Positions 28,494 to 32,000 of a DNA stretch of 32,000 bases are shown here, piece after piece. The number at the start of each line of letters is the position of its first letter. The stretch's first letter is position 1. The stretch spans positions 990,001-1,022,000 of the forward strand of contig NZ_CP066018.1 in the NCBI RefSeq assembly GCF_016127575.1, read 5' to 3'. The position numbers and the translations under genes were made by a program. Origin of the DNA: Cupriavidus necator. Its GTDB lineage: Bacteria; Pseudomonadota; Gammaproteobacteria; Burkholderiales; Burkholderiaceae. The notes under the pieces were generated by a model. The model saw only the letters and a list, made by a program, of their open reading frames with translations. It searched no databases and was not told the DNA's origin.

Positions 28494-29348
28494 TCAGTGT
28501 TGGCGCACATGGCCGATCTTCTCGCGCAGCATGTGCACCAGGTCGGCAAATGGCTCGGTATAGGTCAGTTCCAGGTCGCGCGGGCGCGGCAGGTCGATCT
28601 CCTTGCGCATCAGGATGCGGCCCGGGCGCTGGCTCATCACGTAGACGGTGTCGGCCAGGAACACGGCCTCGCGCAGGTCGTGCGTGACCAGGATCACGTT
28701 GAAGCGCTGCGCCTGCCACAGGTCGCGCAGCACGCACCAGAGCTCCTCGCGCGTAAAGGCGTCGAGCGCGCCGAAGGGCTCGTCCAGCAGCAGCATGCGC
28801 GGCTCGTGGACCAGCGCGCGGCAGATCGAGGCGCGCTGCTGCATGCCGCCGGACAGCTGCCACGGGTACTTGTCCTCGTAGCCGGCCAGGCCCACCGTAT
28901 GCAGCAGCTTGCGCGAGCGCTCGACGTACTCGTCGCGACGTGCGCGCAGGGTGGAGCGATATGGTTCGACGATCTCCAGCGGCAGCATCACGTTGTCCAG
29001 CGTGGTGCGCCACGGCAGCAGCGTGGGCGCCTGGAAGGCCATGCCGACCTGCTTGAGCGGGCCGGTCACCTTCTCGCCGGCAATCCTCACGACGCCGCGC
29101 GTGGCCGCCTTGAGCCCGGTCGCCAGCTTCATGAAGGTGGACTTGCCGCAGCCGGACGGGCCGACGATGGCAATGAACTCGCCCGGCGCCACCTGCAGCG
29201 AGATGTCCTCGACCGCGAACTCGCCCTTGTGCGCGAGCTCGTCGTTATAGGCCAGCCAGACCCGGTTGAAATCGACAAAGGGTTCCGCGGCCGCGGGCGC
29301 GGCGCTCCCGCCGGAGGCGGGCATGAAGGCAGCCTGGCGCGTCATCAT
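28494..29348 (-). CDS. ABC transporter ATP-binding protein (NitT/TauT family)
   Basis: Walker A GPSGCGKST, signature LSGGMQQRASICRAL, Walker B LLLDEPFGALD. The start ATG at 29348 overlaps the upstream stop (ATGA). Confidence 0.9.
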   Translation of the reverse strand: MMTRQAAFMPASGGSAAPAAAEPFVDFNRVWLAYNDELAHKGEFAVEDISLQVAPGEFIAIVGPSGCGKSTFMKLATGLKAATRGVVRIAGEKVTGPLKQVGMAFQAPTLLPWRTTLDNVMLPLEIVEPYRSTLRARRDEYVERSRKLLHTVGLAGYEDKYPWQLSGGMQQRASICRALVHEPRMLLLDEPFGALDAFTREELWCVLRDLWQAQRFNVILVTHDLREAVFLADTVYVMSQRPGRILMRKEIDLPRPRDLELTYTEPFADLVHMLREKIGHVRQH

Positions 29349-30487
29349 CGCAGCACATCCAGTTCGGCCGCGCTGGGCAGGAACGCGTCGGTCCACAGGG
29401 CATCGGGGTTGATGCGGCCCTTGGTGCCGAAGGCATCGGCCACCTGCGAGGCCATCAGCGACAGGCGCGGCTCGCTGACGCGCCCGAAGCCCTCGGCCTT
29501 CGCGTCCGGCGACTTGACCACGCTGTCCAGCGCCAGCTTGAGCCGGCGCACTTCCAGCTTCTCATCGATGATGCCGTCGCGCGCCTTGACCGCCTTGATG
29601 CCCTCTTCCGGCCGCGCGATCACGTCGCGCGCCGACTTGCTGAAGGCGCGCAGGAAGGCCTTCACCGCCTCGGGGTTCTTCTTCATGAAATCCTCGGAGG
29701 CGATCACCGCGTTGCCGTACAGCTTCACGCCGAACTGCGGGTACGGCAGCACCACGATGTCTTCATCCTTCACGCCGCGCGCGTTCAGGTTCAGGATCGA
29801 TGTGAACGAGAACCCGGTGATGGCATCGAGGTCGCCGCGCGTGAGCATGGTCTCGCGCAGCGTCGGGTCCATTGCCTGCCAGTTGAACGAGGACGCCTGC
29901 AGGCCGTTGGCCCTGGCGAAGATCGGGAAGGCGCGGCGGCCGGCGTCGAACACCGGAGCACCCATGCGCTTGCCGGCGAGGTCCTTCGGCGCGCGGATGC
30001 CGGACTTCTTCAGCGCGAGGACGGCGGCGGGCGTGTTGTTGTAGACCATCATCACGGCCACCGGCTTGTTCTTCGCGTCGGGGTTGTTGCCGTAGAACTC
30101 CATCACCGACGACATATCGGCGAAGCCCATGTCGTACGTGCCCGAGGCCACGCGGTTGACCACGTTGCCCGAGCCGTTGCCGGCATCGATCGAGACGTCG
30201 AGCTTCTCGGCCTTGTAGTAGCCCTTCTGCTCGCCCAGCAGGAACAGCGCCGCCGGCCCTTCGAAGCGCCAGTCGAGCTGGAAGCGGACCTTGGTTGGTG
30301 CAGCCTGCGCGTGGGCCGCGCCGGCGAACTGTGTCGACAGCACCAGGCTGGTGCCGATCATCACGCCGAGCTTCAGCAGGCGGCGCCGTGCCGCAGTGCG
30401 GGACGCGCGCGTGCCGGTATGTTCATGGTTCTCGGCGGCAGCAGCGCAAACGCCGGGGGACGCTAGCGCAGCGTGGAAATGAGGCAT
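29345..30487 (-). CDS. ABC transporter substrate-binding protein (NMT1/THI5-like, TauA-type) with a twin-arginine-like signal
   Basis: GGAGAG RBS 6 nt upstream. AARRRLLKLG + hydrophobic core + AHA-QA cleavage site. The mature part resembles the NMT1/TauA family. Confidence 0.85.
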   Translation of the reverse strand: MPHFHAALASPGVCAAAAENHEHTGTRASRTAARRRLLKLGVMIGTSLVLSTQFAGAAHAQAAPTKVRFQLDWRFEGPAALFLLGEQKGYYKAEKLDVSIDAGNGSGNVVNRVASGTYDMGFADMSSVMEFYGNNPDAKNKPVAVMMVYNNTPAAVLALKKSGIRAPKDLAGKRMGAPVFDAGRRAFPIFARANGLQASSFNWQAMDPTLRETMLTRGDLDAITGFSFTSILNLNARGVKDEDIVVLPYPQFGVKLYGNAVIASEDFMKKNPEAVKAFLRAFSKSARDVIARPEEGIKAVKARDGIIDEKLEVRRLKLALDSVVKSPDAKAEGFGRVSEPRLSLMASQVADAFGTKGRINPDALWTDAFLPSAAELDVLR

Positions 30488-30527
30488 TGAATCTCTCCGT
30501 TGATCGTGATCTCGGAGGGATTCGTCC

Positions 30528-30542
30528 GCAAGGGACGTGCCA
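30528..30542 (-). promoter_or_regulatory. sigma-54 (-24/-12) promoter CTGGCACGTCCCTTGCG for the ABC operon
   Basis: The minus strand reads TGGCAC-N5-TTGC exactly. TTGC ends 40 nt upstream of the ATG at 30487, leaving room for the RBS. Confidence 0.65.
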
Positions 30543-30691
30543 GGTTTTTCAGCCCCGTTTCAGGGCGTGCCCGCAAGCGATTGCCGAACCAAAAGTGTGC
30601 GAGGCGATTGCCGCAGCGCCATCGTCGGCAATGATTGTCGACAATGCCCGCCGCCCCTTGGTGCACGCGGATACAGGAGAATGCAGTCCCG

Positions 30692-32000
30692 TCAGGCGTC
30701 CTGCGTGGCGTCGCCCACGTCGAGTGCCAGCGCATCCGCGCCCACGGCTTCGCCGCCCTTGGCGGCGGCGCGCGCCTGGATGTCCCACATCTCGGCGTAG
30801 CGGCCACGCGCGCGCATCAGCTCGGCATGGGTGCCGCGCTCGACGATGCGGCCGTGGTCCATCACCAGGATCTGGTCGGCATGCACGACGGTGGACAGCC
30901 GGTGCGCGATCAGCAGCGTGGTGCGGTTCTGCGCCAGCCGCATCAGCTCGGCCTGGATCGCCTGCTCGGTGCGTGAATCCAGCGCCGAGGTGGCTTCGTC
31001 GAAGACCAGCACCGGCGGGTCCTTCAGCAGCGTGCGCGCGATCGCCACGCGCTGCTTCTCGCCGCCGGACAGCTTCAGGCCACGCTCGCCCACCGGGGTG
31101 TCGTACCCCTGCGGCAGCTCGCGGATGAAGCTGTCGATCTGCGCGGCGCGCGCGGCGGCGATGACCTCGTCGCGGCTGGCGTCTGGCCGGCCGTAGGCGA
31201 TGTTGTAGAAGATGCTGTCGTTGAACAACACCGTGTCCTGCGGCACGATGCCGATGGCGCGGCGCAGGCTGTCCTGCGTGATCGCGCGGATGTCCTGGCC
31301 GTCGATCTCGATGGCGCCGCCGTTGACGTCGTAGAAGCGGAACAACAGCCGCGCCAGCGTCGACTTGCCCGAGCCGCTGTGCCCGACCACCGCGGTGGTG
31401 GTGCCCGCCGCGATGGTGAAATCCACGCCATCCAGGATCAGCCGGTCCGGCTCATAGCTGAAGCGCACGTCGCGGAAACGCACCTGCGCGCCGCTGACCT
31501 GCAGCGGCTGCGCGCCGGGCGCGTCGGCCACCTCCTGGTTGGTGCCCAGCAGCACGAACATGCGGTCCATGTCGGTGGTGGCCTGCTTGATCTCGCGGTA
31601 GATCACGCCGAGGAAGTTCAGCGGGATATAGAGCTGGATCATCAGGGTGTTGACCAGCACCAGGTCGCCCAGCGTGAGCTTGCCGTCGACCACGCCCACG
31701 GTGGCGCGCCACAGGATCAGGATCAGCCCCAGTGCGATGATGGTCTGCTGGCCGAAGTTCAGGAACGACAGCGAGTTCTGCGAGCGGATCGCCGCGGTGC
31801 GGTACTTGCGCAGGTTCTCGTCGTAGCGCTGCGCCTCGTACTCTTCATTGCCGAAGTACTTGACGGTCTCGAAGTTGAGCAGCGAATCGATCGCTTTCTG
31901 GTTGGCGCGCGAATCGAGCTCGTTCATGCGGCGGCGGAAATGCGTGCGCCATTCCGTCACCACGATGGTAAAGACGATATAGCCCACCAGCGCGCAGCCG
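30692..32000 (-). CDS. ABCB-type ABC transporter, fused permease/ATPase (Atm1-like exporter), 5' end outside the window
   Basis: TMD segment (LNFETVKYFGNEEYE is typical of the Atm1/HMT1 subgroup), Walker A GHSGSGKST, signature LSGGEKQRVAIAR, Walker B LVFDEATSALD. The frame is open to the window edge. Confidence 0.9.
   Translation of the reverse strand, partial: GCALVGYIVFTIVVTEWRTHFRRRMNELDSRANQKAIDSLLNFETVKYFGNEEYEAQRYDENLRKYRTAAIRSQNSLSFLNFGQQTIIALGLILILWRATVGVVDGKLTLGDLVLVNTLMIQLYIPLNFLGVIYREIKQATTDMDRMFVLLGTNQEVADAPGAQPLQVSGAQVRFRDVRFSYEPDRLILDGVDFTIAAGTTTAVVGHSGSGKSTLARLLFRFYDVNGGAIEIDGQDIRAITQDSLRRAIGIVPQDTVLFNDSIFYNIAYGRPDASRDEVIAAARAAQIDSFIRELPQGYDTPVGERGLKLSGGEKQRVAIARTLLKDPPVLVFDEATSALDSRTEQAIQAELMRLAQNRTTLLIAHRLSTVVHADQILVMDHGRIVERGTHAELMRARGRYAEMWDIQARAAAKGGEAVGADALALDVGDATQDA

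Noticed and set aside
1730-29396. Longer N-terminal extensions offered by the ORF track for ruvB (1730), the secreted protein (2910), the M23 peptidase (8416), bactofilin (13886), ttuC (20941), gltI (25120), the ABC ATPase (29396), yhhQ (3562) and the PhyH gene (10985/12023).
   Set aside because: The extensions have poor GC3 or rare codons, overlap upstream genes or terminators, or bury signal peptides. Internal ATGs with RBS-like sequences give N-termini that match the family norm. The PhyH 12023 start remains a possible alternative.
558-30044. Many long ORFs in alternative frames or antisense to recognised genes. Examples are 558-1712(+), 1679-2989(-), 5812-7134(+), 8380-9759(-), 9900-11246(-), 10985-12859(+, upstream part), 13266-14978(+), 19670-20932(+), 23441-25180(+), 25186-26583(+), 26633-27913(+), 27661-29013(-) and 28296-30044(+).
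   Set aside because: All overlap genes with clear family signatures on the other frame or strand. Their translations are Arg/Ala/Gly/Pro/His-rich low-complexity strings typical of stop-codon-poor shadow frames in ~66% GC DNA. None has a recognisable motif or RBS.
30488-30691. TPP (THI-box) riboswitch upstream of the NMT1/THI5-like binding protein.
   Set aside because: The leader downstream of the sigma-54 promoter is only about 30 nt. The upstream region lacks the CUGAGA and ACCUGAUCUGGAUAAUGCCAGC-type conserved cores.
1-32000. Search for CRISPR repeats, tRNA/tmRNA genes, IS or transposon ends, integrases, phage genes, toxin-antitoxin pairs and defence-system signatures.
   Set aside because: I saw no regularly spaced direct repeats, no cloverleaf-capable intergenic segment, no transposase, recombinase or nuclease-like ORFs, and no compositional island apart from short AT-rich promoter regions. 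The window is syntenic-looking housekeeping DNA.

Overview
High-GC (roughly two-thirds G+C by eye) betaproteobacterial core-chromosome segment. Gene content and order (ruvAB, dtd-tyrS, M23 peptidase-anmK, erpA, rpsI-rplM, rnpB, pyrC, gltIJKL, gdh) look Burkholderiaceae, Cupriavidus/Ralstonia-like; that assignment is inference only. I support about 33 protein-coding genes (two truncated by the window edges), one RNase P RNA, one candidate small RNA, several intrinsic terminators and a few promoter or operator candidates. Nearly all long alternative-frame ORFs in the track are high-GC shadow ORFs overlapping recognisable genes. I found no CRISPR array, transposase, integrase, phage gene, toxin-antitoxin pair or recognisable defence system, so this reads as housekeeping DNA rather than an accessory island. 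Five things deserve a second look. (1) A ~155-nt promoter-to-terminator unit (15234-15423, minus strand) has no ORF and carries repeated CCUCC anti-Shine-Dalgarno motifs, so it is probably a trans-acting sRNA. It lies in the only long AT-rich intergenic region. (2) gltJ has an in-frame TAG at a conserved Trp codon, immediately followed by an ATG. (3) A near-consensus sigma-54 promoter with upstream dyads precedes a NitT/TauT-type ABC operon. (4) Strong dyad operators sit at the LysR/PhyH divergent promoter and at the gltI promoter. (5) An uncharacterised envelope gene pair encodes an internally duplicated secreted protein and a SYLF lipoprotein.
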